Shown here one piece after another: positions 36,417-46,628 of a stretch of DNA of 64,000 nucleotides. The first letter of the stretch is position 1, and each line of letters starts with the position of its first letter. The DNA lies in the NCBI GenBank assembly GCA_009692615.1, contig SHYW01000004.1:8273-72272 (forward strand), written 5' to 3'. The position numbers were made by a program, and so were the translations under genes. The notes beneath the pieces were generated by a model. It made no database searches. It was given only the letters and a program-made list of their open reading frames with translations, and had not been told where the DNA came from. The DNA comes from Deltaproteobacteria bacterium (GTDB lineage: Bacteria > Desulfobacterota > Binatia > UBA9968).

Positions 36417-37614
36417 CTTTTTCGCGCTTGAGCGCTTCGATAGCGGCGCCGTCGTAGCCAAGCTCGGCGAGAATCGCCTCATTGTTTTCACCGAGCCCAG
36501 GAATCCGATCGTAGCGCGCCTCGCTTTTCGACATCTTGAGCGCGTTGGCGATCACTGGAACTTTGCCTACCGGCGATTCGGCTTCACGGATGAGTTTGCG
36601 CGCGATCACTTGGGGATGGGCTAACACTTGGGCAATGCCACGCACGATACCGTGCGGCAACTCGGCTTTCTTCAGTTGCTCAAGCCAAAATTTGTGGTCG
36701 CGGGCGGAAAAAATATCCTCGATCGTCTCTTCCAGCAGACCCCGGTTTGTCCGCCGATCTTGAACCGTGGCAAAACGCGCGTCGGTAAGCATCTCGGGTT
36801 TTTCAATGACGACTTTGCAGAAGACATTCCAATCCGCCGGACTTGCCACCGCCAGGTTGACGTATTCGCCGTCCCCCGCCAGATACGGCCCGTAGGGACA
36901 AACATAATGATGACGCATGCCGACGCGCCCAGGCTCTTCGCCGGCGTGCCAGTAGTGATGGGGAAAATATCCGAGCCACGAGACAATGGAATCGAGCATG
37001 GACACGTCGACCCATTGTCCCTCGCCGGTCTTCTCGCGCTGGTACAAAGCGAGCAGTAGACCGATCGCCGCATACATGCCGGAAGCGATGTCGGCGATGG
37101 CGATGCCCGCTTTCGCCGGCTTGTCGGGATAGCCGGTGGTGGCAATGATCCCGCCCTCGCCTTGAATCAAAAGATCGTAAGCCTTCACATCGCGATACGG
37201 CCCGTCTTGGCCATAACCGGACAGCGAACAATAGATCAGCCGCGGATTGAGTTCTGAAAGCTTTTCATAGCCGAGTCCAAGCCGGCCGGCGACGCCAGGC
37301 GCATAATTCTCGAAGAAAATATCCGAGCGCTTGGCTAACTCTTGCAGAATCTCGCGCCCCTTTTCTTTTTTAACATTGACCGTCAAACTGCGCTTGTTGC
37401 GATTCAACCAAACGTAACCGGAAGACAATCCTTTCACGACCGAATCCCAGGAACGAATCACATCGCCGACACCGGGCCGCTCGACTTTGATCACTTCCGC
37501 GCCCATATCGGCGAGCAAGCAAGTTGCAAACGGGCCGGAGAGCACCTGCTCGAATGCGAGTATCTTCACGCCATCTAATGCCCGCGTAGGTTTCGAATTA
37601 CTTGCCACAGCCAC
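36409..37614 (-). CDS. CaiB/BaiF family III CoA-transferase
   Basis: ..GVKILAFEQVLSGPFATCLLADMGAEVIKVE.. GTG start. Confidence 0.8.
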   Translation of the reverse strand: MAVASNSKPTRALDGVKILAFEQVLSGPFATCLLADMGAEVIKVERPGVGDVIRSWDSVVKGLSSGYVWLNRNKRSLTVNVKKEKGREILQELAKRSDIFFENYAPGVAGRLGLGYEKLSELNPRLIYCSLSGYGQDGPYRDVKAYDLLIQGEGGIIATTGYPDKPAKAGIAIADIASGMYAAIGLLLALYQREKTGEGQWVDVSMLDSIVSWLGYFPHHYWHAGEEPGRVGMRHHYVCPYGPYLAGDGEYVNLAVASPADWNVFCKVVIEKPEMLTDARFATVQDRRTNRGLLEETIEDIFSARDHKFWLEQLKKAELPHGIVRGIAQVLAHPQVIARKLIREAESPVGKVPVIANALKMSKSEARYDRIPGLGENNEAILAELGYDGAAIEALKREKVI

Positions 37615-37634
37615 CCCTTAAGTATTGAACAGAA

Positions 37635-38144
37635 TTACTTCTTGTCTTCTTTGATTTCCGGAAACAAATCGTTCTTCGGCGCGAACGCTTTCTTCCACAC
37701 CATCACGCTACGCGCGTAGTCGATGACGACTTTGCCTTCTTGCTGAATGCCGCGGGTGCGCACTTTGATAATGCCCCACTGCGGCTTGGAACTGGACTCG
37801 CGCTTTTCAAGCACTTCCGATTCGGAATAAAGGGTATCGCCGGCGAACAGCGGATTGGGTAGTTTGATGCCGTCCCAGCCCAGCGCGAAGCCATTCTCGC
37901 TCACATCCGCCACGCCCATGCCGGCGACGATGGCAAGAGTCAAAGCGCTGTTGATCAGACATTTACCGAACTCGGTGCGCTTGCCGTACTCGTTGTTGAA
38001 ATGAATCTGATTGGTGTTGTTGGTGAGCAATGTGAACCAAATGTTATCCGCTTCGGTGACCGTCCGTCCCAAGCGGCAGCGATAGACGTCGCCGATTTCA
38101 AAGTCCTCAAAAAAACGCCCTTCCCAACCCGGCTTAATCGCCAT
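37635..38144 (-). CDS. MaoC-like (hotdog-fold) enoyl-CoA hydratase/dehydratase
   Basis: 169 aa, matching the itaconyl/mesaconyl-CoA hydratase type of MaoC family. Confidence 0.75.
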   Translation of the reverse strand: MAIKPGWEGRFFEDFEIGDVYRCRLGRTVTEADNIWFTLLTNNTNQIHFNNEYGKRTEFGKCLINSALTLAIVAGMGVADVSENGFALGWDGIKLPNPLFAGDTLYSESEVLEKRESSSKPQWGIIKVRTRGIQQEGKVVIDYARSVMVWKKAFAPKNDLFPEIKEDKK

Positions 38145-38209
38145 GACGCGCCTCCTGTTTAAGCAAAAACAACATTACGCTATAGTCTAGGTAATTATAG
38201 GGGGAAGTA

Positions 38210-39370
38210 ATGGATTTCAACCTGACCACCGAGCAGCAGCAGATTCGCGACGAGATTAAAAAAGTCTGCAAAGAATTTCCCGACGCCTACTGGCGCAAGA
38301 TCGACAGCGAAAAAGCCTATCCTGATACATTCGTGAAAAAACTTAGCGATCTCGGCTGGCTGGCGGCGCTGATCCCCGAAGAATTTGGCGGCACCGGACT
38401 GGGCATCACCGAAGCGAGCATCATCTTGGAAGAGATCAACCACTCCGGCGGCGTCGCCACCGCATGTCATGCGCAGATGTATACGATGGGCACACTGCTG
38501 CGCCACGGCAACGACGAACAGAAGAAACGCTACCTACCGAAAATCGCCACCGGCGAGCTACGCCTGCAAGCCTTCGGCGTCACCGAGCCCAACGCCGGCT
38601 CGGAGTCGACGCGCATTCAAACCATGGCGGTGAAAAAAGGCGACCGCTACTTGATCAACGGCGAGAAAATTTTTATCTCACGCGTGCTGCAATCCGACTT
38701 GATGCTGCTGCTTGCCCGCACCACGCCGTATAACGAACTGAAGGACAAAACCCGCGGCCTGTCGGTCTTCATCGTCGATTTGAAAGCCAATCGAGAAAAA
38801 CTCGACGTAAAACCACTCGACCTGATGATCAACCATCACACCAACGCGCTGTTCTTCGATAATGTCGAAGTGCCGGTGGAGAATTTAATCGGCGAAGAAG
38901 GCATGGGTTTTCGCTACATCATCGACGGCTGGAACGCGGAAAGAATTCTCGTCGCCGCCGAAGCGGTTGGCGACGGCCGCTGGTTCGTTGAGCGCGCCGC
39001 CAAGTACGCTAGCGAGAGAAATGTCTTCGGCAAAGCCATCGGCTCGAATCAGGGCATCCAATTTCCCATCGCCAAAGCTTACGCCAATATCGAGGCAGCT
39101 GACTTAGTACGCTACCAAGCCGCGACCAAATTCGATCGCAAGGAAAAATGCGGCGCCGAAGCGAACCTGGCCAAGTATCTAGCGAGCGAAGCGGCTTGGG
39201 AAGCGGCGAATGCCTGTCTGACCACCCATGGCGGCTACGGCTTCGCGGCGGAATACGATGTCGAAAGAAAATTTCGCGAGACGCGTTTGCTAACCATCGC
39301 GCCGGTGAGCAACAATCTTGTGCTGGCTTATCTCGGACAACATGTGCTCGGCATGCCTAAGTCGTACTAA
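38210..39370 (+). CDS. acyl-CoA dehydrogenase family protein
   Basis: 386 aa, with ..FGVTEPNAGS.. and a C-terminal ..GGYGF..E.. catalytic region. Confidence 0.85.
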   Translation: MDFNLTTEQQQIRDEIKKVCKEFPDAYWRKIDSEKAYPDTFVKKLSDLGWLAALIPEEFGGTGLGITEASIILEEINHSGGVATACHAQMYTMGTLLRHGNDEQKKRYLPKIATGELRLQAFGVTEPNAGSESTRIQTMAVKKGDRYLINGEKIFISRVLQSDLMLLLARTTPYNELKDKTRGLSVFIVDLKANREKLDVKPLDLMINHHTNALFFDNVEVPVENLIGEEGMGFRYIIDGWNAERILVAAEAVGDGRWFVERAAKYASERNVFGKAIGSNQGIQFPIAKAYANIEAADLVRYQAATKFDRKEKCGAEANLAKYLASEAAWEAANACLTTHGGYGFAAEYDVERKFRETRLLTIAPVSNNLVLAYLGQHVLGMPKSY

Positions 39371-39454
39371 AAAAATGGAGCGCGGACATTGGAGCTCGGA
39401 CACTCCTGTCCGCGTATTTTCCTGAGCGGGTTAGAAAACCCGCGCTCCTTTAAC

Positions 39455-40657
39455 TCAAGATGCAAGACTCTTGGAATTTTCCCTCTTGCTCATCCTTCGC
39501 AACCACACCACACCGATAAGAAACAGCACTGTTGACCCCAACGAGCCAACCACGAACACGCTGGCGATGCCGGTGGCGTGAGCGATGAAGCCGCCGATGG
39601 ATGGACCGAGAATATTGCCCAGATCGCCGGCGGCGTTGTAAACACCCGAAGCCAAACCGCGGCGGACTTTCGATTCCGGTACGTCTTGGACTAAACCGAC
39701 CGCGTTCGCGACAAACACGATAGCGCGCATGAAACCCGACGCGACGTAGACGACGATGATCGTGCCGAAAGTAGAAAACAGCGGCACCAGCATCAAGATC
39801 AACGCTTGCAGCGGCAAACCGAGATAGGACAAGCCTTTGTGGCCGACTTTGTTGACCACATGGCCGCTGATTGGCCGGGTCACCGCATTGCAGCCGGCGT
39901 AGGCGGCGCGGATGATGCCGATTTGGGTCAGACTCATGCCGACCCCCAAGCCGTAGAGCGAAATGAACACGCCGCCCATTTGATGCAATAAATTTAAAAA
40001 CAACGCGACCAACACGACGAATGCCAACTCGGGTTCGAGCAAAGCTTTGAGTGAATCTTTAGAAGTCAGCTTCGCCGTTTCCTTAGCTTTCGCCACGCTC
40101 TCGCCGATCGCCTCAGGGCCATGGAGCAGCCACAAAAGCGCCACCGCCACCAACGACAAGAACGCCCCCAATTGAAACGTCCAGCCATAACCCCAATGAT
40201 CGGCGATCAAGCCGCCGAAAAAATTTCCCGTCGAGTAACCCAACGCCAGGGTGCCGACGTAGTAGCCCATGGCGTGGTTGCGGTTTTCATCGGGGGATAA
40301 AGAATCGACGTAGAACGCCATGTAAAGCGTAGTCACCGCACTGTAGGCAAAACCGTTGAGGCAATGGACGATGGCGAAGGTCCAGCTGCTGAGCGCGAAG
40401 CTATAGCAATAATTGGTCACGCCCATCGCCAGCACCGCCAGGGAAACCAGCAGCCGTGCTCTGTTCCGAACGTAGAGCATGCCCACCGGCAGGCGCGCCA
40501 TCAACGCGAAGATCGGCCCGAGGGAGATCAACGTGCCGATCAACGCCACTGGAATATGCATATGATCGAGATAAGGCGGGATCACCGTCGATGCCGAATT
40601 GCTTTGAATCGTCACCGCGACGATCGGCACCAGAAGTTTGACCGTGCTGAGCTTCAT
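39455..40657 (-). CDS. MFS transporter
   Basis: 400 aa with 12 predicted TM helices. Confidence 0.75.
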   Translation of the reverse strand: MKLSTVKLLVPIVAVTIQSNSASTVIPPYLDHMHIPVALIGTLISLGPIFALMARLPVGMLYVRNRARLLVSLAVLAMGVTNYCYSFALSSWTFAIVHCLNGFAYSAVTTLYMAFYVDSLSPDENRNHAMGYYVGTLALGYSTGNFFGGLIADHWGYGWTFQLGAFLSLVAVALLWLLHGPEAIGESVAKAKETAKLTSKDSLKALLEPELAFVVLVALFLNLLHQMGGVFISLYGLGVGMSLTQIGIIRAAYAGCNAVTRPISGHVVNKVGHKGLSYLGLPLQALILMLVPLFSTFGTIIVVYVASGFMRAIVFVANAVGLVQDVPESKVRRGLASGVYNAAGDLGNILGPSIGGFIAHATGIASVFVVGSLGSTVLFLIGVVWLRRMSKRENSKSLAS

Positions 40658-40877
40658 ATCCCAACAGTTATTCTCTAAAACTTTCCCGTCTTCAAGCGAA
40701 CGGCGGGAAAGATTTCTCCCAGGGGTCGAAATGACAGATGAGTCTTATTCAACTTCTGTCATCTCGAACGAAGTGAGAGATCTCGTCCTCAAAGGCAAAA
40801 CGGTCACTCAGCCAACCGACGACGTTAGACATTCGCCGCCCCTTCAGGTAAAAATTTCCGCCAAGGAGATTTTTCCC

Positions 40878-41762
40878 ATGGATTTGATCCGCTCGTGGAT
40901 GTTCGTGCCGGGACACCGGCAAAAGATGATCGACAAAGCGTTCGGCTTGAACGCCGACGCGATCATGCTCGATATCGAAGACGGCGTCGCGCCCAATGAA
41001 AAAGACGCCGCGCGCAAAAATATCGGCGAATCCTTGGGCCGCGCCAAAGTTCCCGTCTCCCCCGCCCGCTACGTGCGCATCAACTCCATCGGCCACCAGT
41101 GGATGGACGCCGACTTGGCCGCGGTTGTTCGTCCCGGTCTCGAAGGATTAGTCTGTCCGAAAGTCGACACCGTCGACGATGTGCGCAAAGTCGATGCGCT
41201 TTTGAACGAAATGGAACCGAAGAACCAAATCGCCAAGGGCAGCGTACGATTATTGATCGCCATCGAGAGCCCAAAGGGGCTATTCAATGCGCCGGCCATC
41301 GCCGCCGCGTCATCGCGCATCGTCGGGATCATTTTTGGCGCCGAGGACTTCGGCCGCGAGATCGGCCTACCCGCCGTACGGGAAGGCGAAGCACGAGATC
41401 TAATCTACGCCCGCTCAGCCATCGTCGTCGCCGCTGCAGCGGCTCACGTCCAAGCGGTGGACGGCGTCTGGGTCGATTTGAACGACACAGCAGGCCTGCA
41501 CGGCTTCGCCAAGCAGTCGCGCCAACTCGGCTTCTCAGCCATGTCGTGCATTCATCCCTCGCAAGTCGACGCGATCAATACGGTCTTCAGTCCGACCGCG
41601 ACGGAAATCGACTACTGTCAAAAAGTCCTGCAAGCGTTTGGAGAAGCGAACGCGCGCGGCGACGGCTCCATCGCTTTTGGCGGCCAACTCATCGACCGCC
41701 CCATCGTCGAGCGCGCCCGGCGCACCATCGACATGGCGAAGTCGTTGGGCATGATCCAATAA
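40878..41762 (+). CDS. HpcH/HpaI aldolase - citrate lyase beta (CitE)-like acyl-CoA lyase (citramalyl-/malyl-CoA lyase type)
   Basis: MDLIRSWMFVPG..IMLDIEDGV..LLIAIESPKG.. AAGGAG ribosome-binding site. The ORF-track 5' extension is discarded. Confidence 0.75.
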   Translation: MDLIRSWMFVPGHRQKMIDKAFGLNADAIMLDIEDGVAPNEKDAARKNIGESLGRAKVPVSPARYVRINSIGHQWMDADLAAVVRPGLEGLVCPKVDTVDDVRKVDALLNEMEPKNQIAKGSVRLLIAIESPKGLFNAPAIAAASSRIVGIIFGAEDFGREIGLPAVREGEARDLIYARSAIVVAAAAAHVQAVDGVWVDLNDTAGLHGFAKQSRQLGFSAMSCIHPSQVDAINTVFSPTATEIDYCQKVLQAFGEANARGDGSIAFGGQLIDRPIVERARRTIDMAKSLGMIQ

Positions 41763-41791
41763 ACTGATGCAACATCAAAGGAAGTAGGCCA

Positions 41792-42724
41792 ATGAAATTC
41801 AAATTGCCATTGTTGCTCGCCGCCGTCAGTCTCTTCACCATGGGCGCTGCCGCGCCGGTGCGCCTGACGCCGGTGAAAATCGCCGACAACGTTTATCTGA
41901 TGCAGCATTCCGGCGGGTCGGGCAATTCTACCGTAGTGTTCACCAACGACGGCGTGGTCGTGCTCGACTTCGCCATCGACAGCGCCGACCAAACCCTGGC
42001 GTTCATCCGGAAAACCACCGACAAAAAAATAAGATTTCTCATCACCTCTCACAGCGCCGGCGACCATGCGACTGGCTCCATGCACTTCCGTGAAGACAAA
42101 CCGATCTGGATCGGCAGCAAAAATCAGATCCACGATTTTCAAATGCAGGAGCTGAAAGATTTCAACGAGCGAAAAAATTCCGCCGACCCGCGCTTCGCGG
42201 CTTACAAAAAAGGCGACCTGGGCCAGCCCGATATCGGCATCGAAGCGCCGACGACGATTTACTTGGGGGGCCTGACGTTTCAGATCACTCCCGAGGGTCG
42301 CGGCCACAGCACCGGGGATTTGACCGTCTACATTCCGCAGAAACGCGTCATGCTCATGGGCGATCTGCTCGACACCGAGATTCATCCCGGCCAAGGCGAG
42401 TCGGGAGAAATTTTTTATTCCAACGTCAAAGGCTGGATTCAGATTCTCGACAACATCATGGCGCGCAATCTGCCGGTGGAGACGTTTGTTCCGGGCCACG
42501 GCCCCGCTCACTTGGGCAGAGGCGTAAAGGATTTAGAAGAGCAGAAACGCTATTTCGTCGTCATGCGCGACGAGGTGGCCAAGATGATCGCCGCGGGCAA
42601 GAGCCTGGAGCAAATCGAAAAAGAATTCAAAATTCCCCAAGAGTTCGCACACTATACTCGGCCCGAACGGCTGCGTTCGTTCTACAAACTTTTTTACAAT
42701 CAGTTGATGGAAACCGGTTATTAG
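41792..42724 (+). CDS. secreted MBL-fold metallo-hydrolase
   Basis: Signal peptide, HSAGDH variant of HxHxDH, and a later ..GHG.. site. Confidence 0.7.
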   Translation: MKFKLPLLLAAVSLFTMGAAAPVRLTPVKIADNVYLMQHSGGSGNSTVVFTNDGVVVLDFAIDSADQTLAFIRKTTDKKIRFLITSHSAGDHATGSMHFREDKPIWIGSKNQIHDFQMQELKDFNERKNSADPRFAAYKKGDLGQPDIGIEAPTTIYLGGLTFQITPEGRGHSTGDLTVYIPQKRVMLMGDLLDTEIHPGQGESGEIFYSNVKGWIQILDNIMARNLPVETFVPGHGPAHLGRGVKDLEEQKRYFVVMRDEVAKMIAAGKSLEQIEKEFKIPQEFAHYTRPERLRSFYKLFYNQLMETGY

Positions 42725-42737
42725 GGAGAGGGAATCA

Positions 42738-43784
42738 ATGAAACCCATCGTCGCAACAGTTCTCGTCACGTTAAGCATCGCCGGTTCGGCTTGGGCCCAG
42801 GGCAAGATGACCACCGAACAACTGGCCGCCTACGACAAACCCGACCGCGAGAAAGTGCTCTACGCCGGCGCTAAAGCCGAAGGCAAAGTCACTTGGTACA
42901 CCTCCCTGGCTGGCGATTCCTATAAAAAACTCGCCGCCGCGTACGAAGCGCGCTATCCCGGCGTGGCGGTGGAATCCTACCGCGCCACGCGCCAGGAGAT
43001 GAGCGCGCGCATCCTGGCCGAGTCCCAGGCCAAGCGCTACATCGCCGACACCATGGAGACGACGATTCCACTGTTAAAACTATTGAAGGACAACAACTGG
43101 CTGGTGCCTTATTATTTCTCGACCATCGCCAAGTATCCCGATAATGTCAAAGAAAAGGCGCCCAAGGGTTTGGTCTACTGGGCCATCGATCGCGAATCCC
43201 ACATCGGCCTCGCCTACAATAAAAATATCATCCCGCAGAAAATCGCGCCGCGAAACTACGAAGGACTGTTGCGCCCGGAATTCAAGGACAAGATCTCCTT
43301 CGCCGGTAGCGACACCGGCGTCACCGTCACCGGCGCCATGCTCAAGTTCAAAGGCGAGGAGTATGTCAGAAAGCTCAGAGCCTTAAATCCTTCGGTGCAC
43401 AACGTCTCCGGCCGCGCCTTGCTCGACATGGTGATCTCCGGCGAAGTTGGCGTCTCGCCGACGACGTTTCGCAATCACGTCGAAGTCTCGCTCAAAGCCG
43501 GCGCGCCCATCGAATGGATTCCCATGGACGTGGTGCCGTCCAACTCCGGCTCCACCGCGGTCCTCGCCAAGTCGCCTCATCCCAATGCCGCGTTGCTGTT
43601 GGCCGACTTCATCCTCGGACCGGGCGGGCAGAAAGTTCTCGAAGAGTACGAATACGGCAACCCGACCAAGGACTACGGCTTCAAGCGCTGGTATCCAGAA
43701 ACAGGCATGAGCGCCGAACAGATCGACAACCTCGAGAGCAAGTGGCGCACGATCATGCGCGACCTAACGCGACGGTCTTTCTAG
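42738..43784 (+). CDS. family-1 extracellular solute-binding protein, Fe3+-type (fourth paralog)
   Basis: Signal peptide, and ..AKAEGKVTWYTSLAGD.. Confidence 0.65.
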   Translation: MKPIVATVLVTLSIAGSAWAQGKMTTEQLAAYDKPDREKVLYAGAKAEGKVTWYTSLAGDSYKKLAAAYEARYPGVAVESYRATRQEMSARILAESQAKRYIADTMETTIPLLKLLKDNNWLVPYYFSTIAKYPDNVKEKAPKGLVYWAIDRESHIGLAYNKNIIPQKIAPRNYEGLLRPEFKDKISFAGSDTGVTVTGAMLKFKGEEYVRKLRALNPSVHNVSGRALLDMVISGEVGVSPTTFRNHVEVSLKAGAPIEWIPMDVVPSNSGSTAVLAKSPHPNAALLLADFILGPGGQKVLEEYEYGNPTKDYGFKRWYPETGMSAEQIDNLESKWRTIMRDLTRRSF

Positions 43785-43878
43785 TTTCTCCGGGAATTTG
43801 AATCCACGATAACGAAACTCCTTAGACTTCAAGCCGAAGGGTTTTGAGTGTGTCAACTGGAAGTCGCCTTGTTCCCAT

Positions 43879-43975
43879 CCGTCATTCCCGTGACAACGGG
43901 AATCCAGGGAGGGCGGGTTTTAAACCCGCCCCTACGGCGAATCACCTGGATTTCCGCGTGCGCGGGAATGACGGA
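43879..43975. repeat. repeat family A full copy: three-level nested palindrome
   Basis: The outer arms ccgtcattcccg..cgggaatgacgg enclose tccagg..cctgga, which enclose the core gggcgggttttaaacccgccc. Confidence 0.6.
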
Positions 43976-44107
43976 CTTTCGCCGCGATTGGCGCATGTCC
44001 TGTCAGCCGTGGAAAAGGCAAGTGACGCCTATCATCGCCGCTCTGGTTTTTATTTGCCCTGCCGGATATATCATTGAACCAAAATCACCAGCGAGAGCGA
44101 GGTCATC

Positions 44108-45577
44108 ATGAACACCGGTTCATTTGTCGACGGCAAATGGTTTCACCCGAAGTCGAATCGATTGGTGCGTAATATTAACCCGGCGGATACCGATGAAGTA
44201 ATCGCCGAGTTTCCCGCCGCAACCGCCGAGGATGTCGCGCGCGCGATCGACGCGGCGCAAGCGGCATTTCGCGGTTGGAAGAAAACTCCCGGCCCCGAGC
44301 GCGGTCGGGTGCTGTGGCGCGCCGCTGACATCGCGCGCCAACGCGCTGACGAAATCGCCCGCACGCTCACCCGCGAAGAAGGAAAAATTCTCAAAGAAGC
44401 CAAAGGCGAAGTGATGAAAGGCATCTCGCTGTTGGAATTCTACGCCGGCGAGGGTTTTCGCATGCACGGCATGACGCTGCCGTCCGAAGCGCGCGATACG
44501 TTTACTTACACGATTCGCCGTCCGCTCGGCGTCGTCGGCCTGATAGCACCGTGGAATTTTCCCTGGGCGATTCCGGTGTGGAAATCCGCTCCTGCGCTGG
44601 CCGCGGGCAACTGTGTGATTTTCAAACCCGCTGAACTGACGCCCGCCACCGCCGCTCTGCTTACCGAGATTTACACAGAAGCCGGATTGCCTCCCGGAGT
44701 ATTCAACATGCTGGTCGGCGCCGGCTCGGTGGTTGGCGAAGCGATGGTTCACTCGCCGGTGCTGCGCGCGATCTCATTCACCGGATCGAACGAAGTCGGT
44801 GGCGCGCTCTACGCCAAGGCGGCCCAGCGCGGCGCTAAAGTAACCTGTGAAATGGGCGGCAAGAACGCGGTCATCGTCATGGCCGACGCCGATCTCGACA
44901 AGGCGGCCATCGCCATCCACGGCGGCGCCTTCGGCTCCACCGGCCAACGCTGCACGGCGACTTCGCGCGTGATCGCGGCGCCCGCCGTCAAAGACGCGCT
45001 GGTCGAACGACTGGTGGCGGCGGCGAAAAACATCACAGTGGGTCCCGGTCTCGACGAGTCGGTCGATATGGGTCCGGCGGTCGACAACAAACAATGGAAA
45101 ACCGATCTCGATTACATCGCCATCGGCCAGCAAGAAGGCGCGCGTCTGCTGCTCGGCGGCAAAGCGCCGCAAGAGCTTGGCAAAGGTTATTTCGTCGAGC
45201 CGACGATATTCGACAACGTCACGCCGGCCATGCGCATCTTCAAAGAAGAAATCTTCGGCCCGGTGCTCGCAGTCACCACGGCGAACAATCTCGACGAAGC
45301 GCTCAGCTACGCCAACGGCGTCGAGTATGGCCTGACGACGTCGATCTTCACGGAAAATATCGACACGATCATGAACTTCGTCGAGGAAGTGGAAACCGGC
45401 ATGGTGCACGTCAACGAACCGACGATTGGCGGCGAAGCTCAACTACCCTTCGGCGGCACTAAGGCCACCGGCGTCGGCGAGCGCGAGATGGCGGTCGAGG
45501 GACTGAACTTTTTCACTGAGTTGAAAACCGTGTTTATCAACTACTCCGGCAAGGCGGAGAGGTTGATGATTCGGTGA
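44108..45577 (+). CDS. NAD(P)-dependent aldehyde dehydrogenase
   Basis: ..[18 protein letters not shown].. catalytic Glu and Cys motifs. Confidence 0.85.
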   Translation: MNTGSFVDGKWFHPKSNRLVRNINPADTDEVIAEFPAATAEDVARAIDAAQAAFRGWKKTPGPERGRVLWRAADIARQRADEIARTLTREEGKILKEAKGEVMKGISLLEFYAGEGFRMHGMTLPSEARDTFTYTIRRPLGVVGLIAPWNFPWAIPVWKSAPALAAGNCVIFKPAELTPATAALLTEIYTEAGLPPGVFNMLVGAGSVVGEAMVHSPVLRAISFTGSNEVGGALYAKAAQRGAKVTCEMGGKNAVIVMADADLDKAAIAIHGGAFGSTGQRCTATSRVIAAPAVKDALVERLVAAAKNITVGPGLDESVDMGPAVDNKQWKTDLDYIAIGQQEGARLLLGGKAPQELGKGYFVEPTIFDNVTPAMRIFKEEIFGPVLAVTTANNLDEALSYANGVEYGLTTSIFTENIDTIMNFVEEVETGMVHVNEPTIGGEAQLPFGGTKATGVGEREMAVEGLNFFTELKTVFINYSGKAERLMIR

Positions 45578-45676
45578 AGTAAACAAGCAGAGATATCACC
45601 GCCGAGACGCGGAGCATCCAGAGATAAGAGATTTGTATTAACTCTCTGCGAACTCAGCGCCTCTGCGATGAAAGTC

Positions 45677-45714
45677 CCGTAGGTCGGGTACGCTGCGCTA
45701 ACCCGACCTACGGG
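45677..45714. repeat. repeat family C copy 1 (ccgtaggtcgggtacgctgcgctaacccgacctacgg)
   Basis: Four copies occur within 1.8 kb: 45677, 46511 (inverted), 46866 and 47413. Confidence 0.55.
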
Positions 45715-45902
45715 CTTCTGCTGGTAGAAATTGTCAGTAGCGCTGCCGAAGTGGCTTTGATACAATACAACCACGATGAGCAAGGCTACAGAGACATCTT
45801 CGAAAATCATCGAATCGCTTCCGCAAGCCACACAAAACGAGTTGTCGAAGAACTACGGGCTTTAACTCTATCGAGTCTTTAGGACACCTACCCAAACTAA
45901 CG

Positions 45903-46094
45903 ATGGAAAAAATCGTCCGCAAGTTCCGATCTTTTGACGCGCAAGAAGAGGCCGAATACGAAGAATACCGGCATCTTTCGGGCGATGAAAAACTTCAACG
46001 CCTCCTCGACTTGATTATGCCGGAGAATCCCGATGCAGCAACTATCGACCGATCTGCGCGAGTTCATCCGCTTGCTGACCACGAAGAATGTTAG
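45903..46094 (+). CDS. small hypothetical protein upstream of, and overlapping, a nucleotidyltransferase-fold gene
   Basis: 63 aa. Its 3' 62 nt overlap the next ORF. A 29-codon ORF (MSKATETSSKIIESLPQATQNELSKNYGL) lies just upstream, at about 45776-45865. Confidence 0.3.
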   Translation: MEKIVRKFRSFDAQEEAEYEEYRHLSGDEKLQRLLDLIMPENPDAATIDRSARVHPLADHEEC

Positions 46095-46497
46095 GTACGT
46101 TATCGTCGGCGCCTGGGCCCTCGCCTTTCACGGTCGGCCGCGCTACACGGGCGATCTTGATGTCTTTGTCGCGCGGGATGAGCAAAATGCTGACAATTTA
46201 ATCCAGGTTATCGATGCATTTGGATTTGCCCAACTCGGCATCAAACGTGAAGATTTTTTACAAGTGGATTACGTCATTCAACTCGGGCGAGAACCTAACC
46301 GTATAGATATTTTAACTGGAATCAGTGGTGTGACCTTCGAAGAAGCGTGGGCGAACCGAAATCAAGGCAACCTATCCGGGCTCCCAGCATTTTTCCTGAG
46401 TCGAGATCTCTTAATCAAGAATAAACGCGCAGCCAACCGGGACAAAGACCTCGGTGATATTAAACTCCTAGAAAAAACCCGACCCACCCGATCCTAA
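46033..46497 (+). CDS. nucleotidyltransferase-fold protein (minimal NTase, TA-associated type)
   Basis: VIVGAWALAFHGRPRYTGDLDVFV is the G-x(n)-D-x-D NTase motif. C-terminal ..LLIKNKRAANRDKDLGDIKLL. Confidence 0.5.
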   Translation: MQQLSTDLREFIRLLTTKNVRYVIVGAWALAFHGRPRYTGDLDVFVARDEQNADNLIQVIDAFGFAQLGIKREDFLQVDYVIQLGREPNRIDILTGISGVTFEEAWANRNQGNLSGLPAFFLSRDLLIKNKRAANRDKDLGDIKLLEKTRPTRS

Positions 46498-46628
46498 GCA
46501 TTCAAAACATTAGGTCGGGTTAGCAAGCGTAACCCGACATCCGCTCTACTCACTGACCAACCGAGCCAGGTCACATCCTCAGTGGCGATGTCGAGCAAGA
46601 CGTTCGTATCGAAAAGGATTCCGCTCAT
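46494..46628 (-). pseudogene. PIN-domain (VapC-like) toxin N-terminal fragment, truncated by a family C repeat
   Basis: MSGILFDTNVLLDIATEDVTW.., then the frame runs into repeat 46511-46540 and stops after 44 codons. ATGA overlap with the upstream antitoxin remnant. Confidence 0.4.
46511..46540. repeat. repeat family C copy 2 (inverted orientation)
   Basis: taggtcgggttagcaagcgtaacccgacat. Confidence 0.5.

Noticed and set aside
43844-44111. ORFs 43844-44077 and 43848-44111 spanning the nested palindrome
   Set aside because: They lie entirely within a repeat element, with no ribosome-binding site and repeat-derived sequence.
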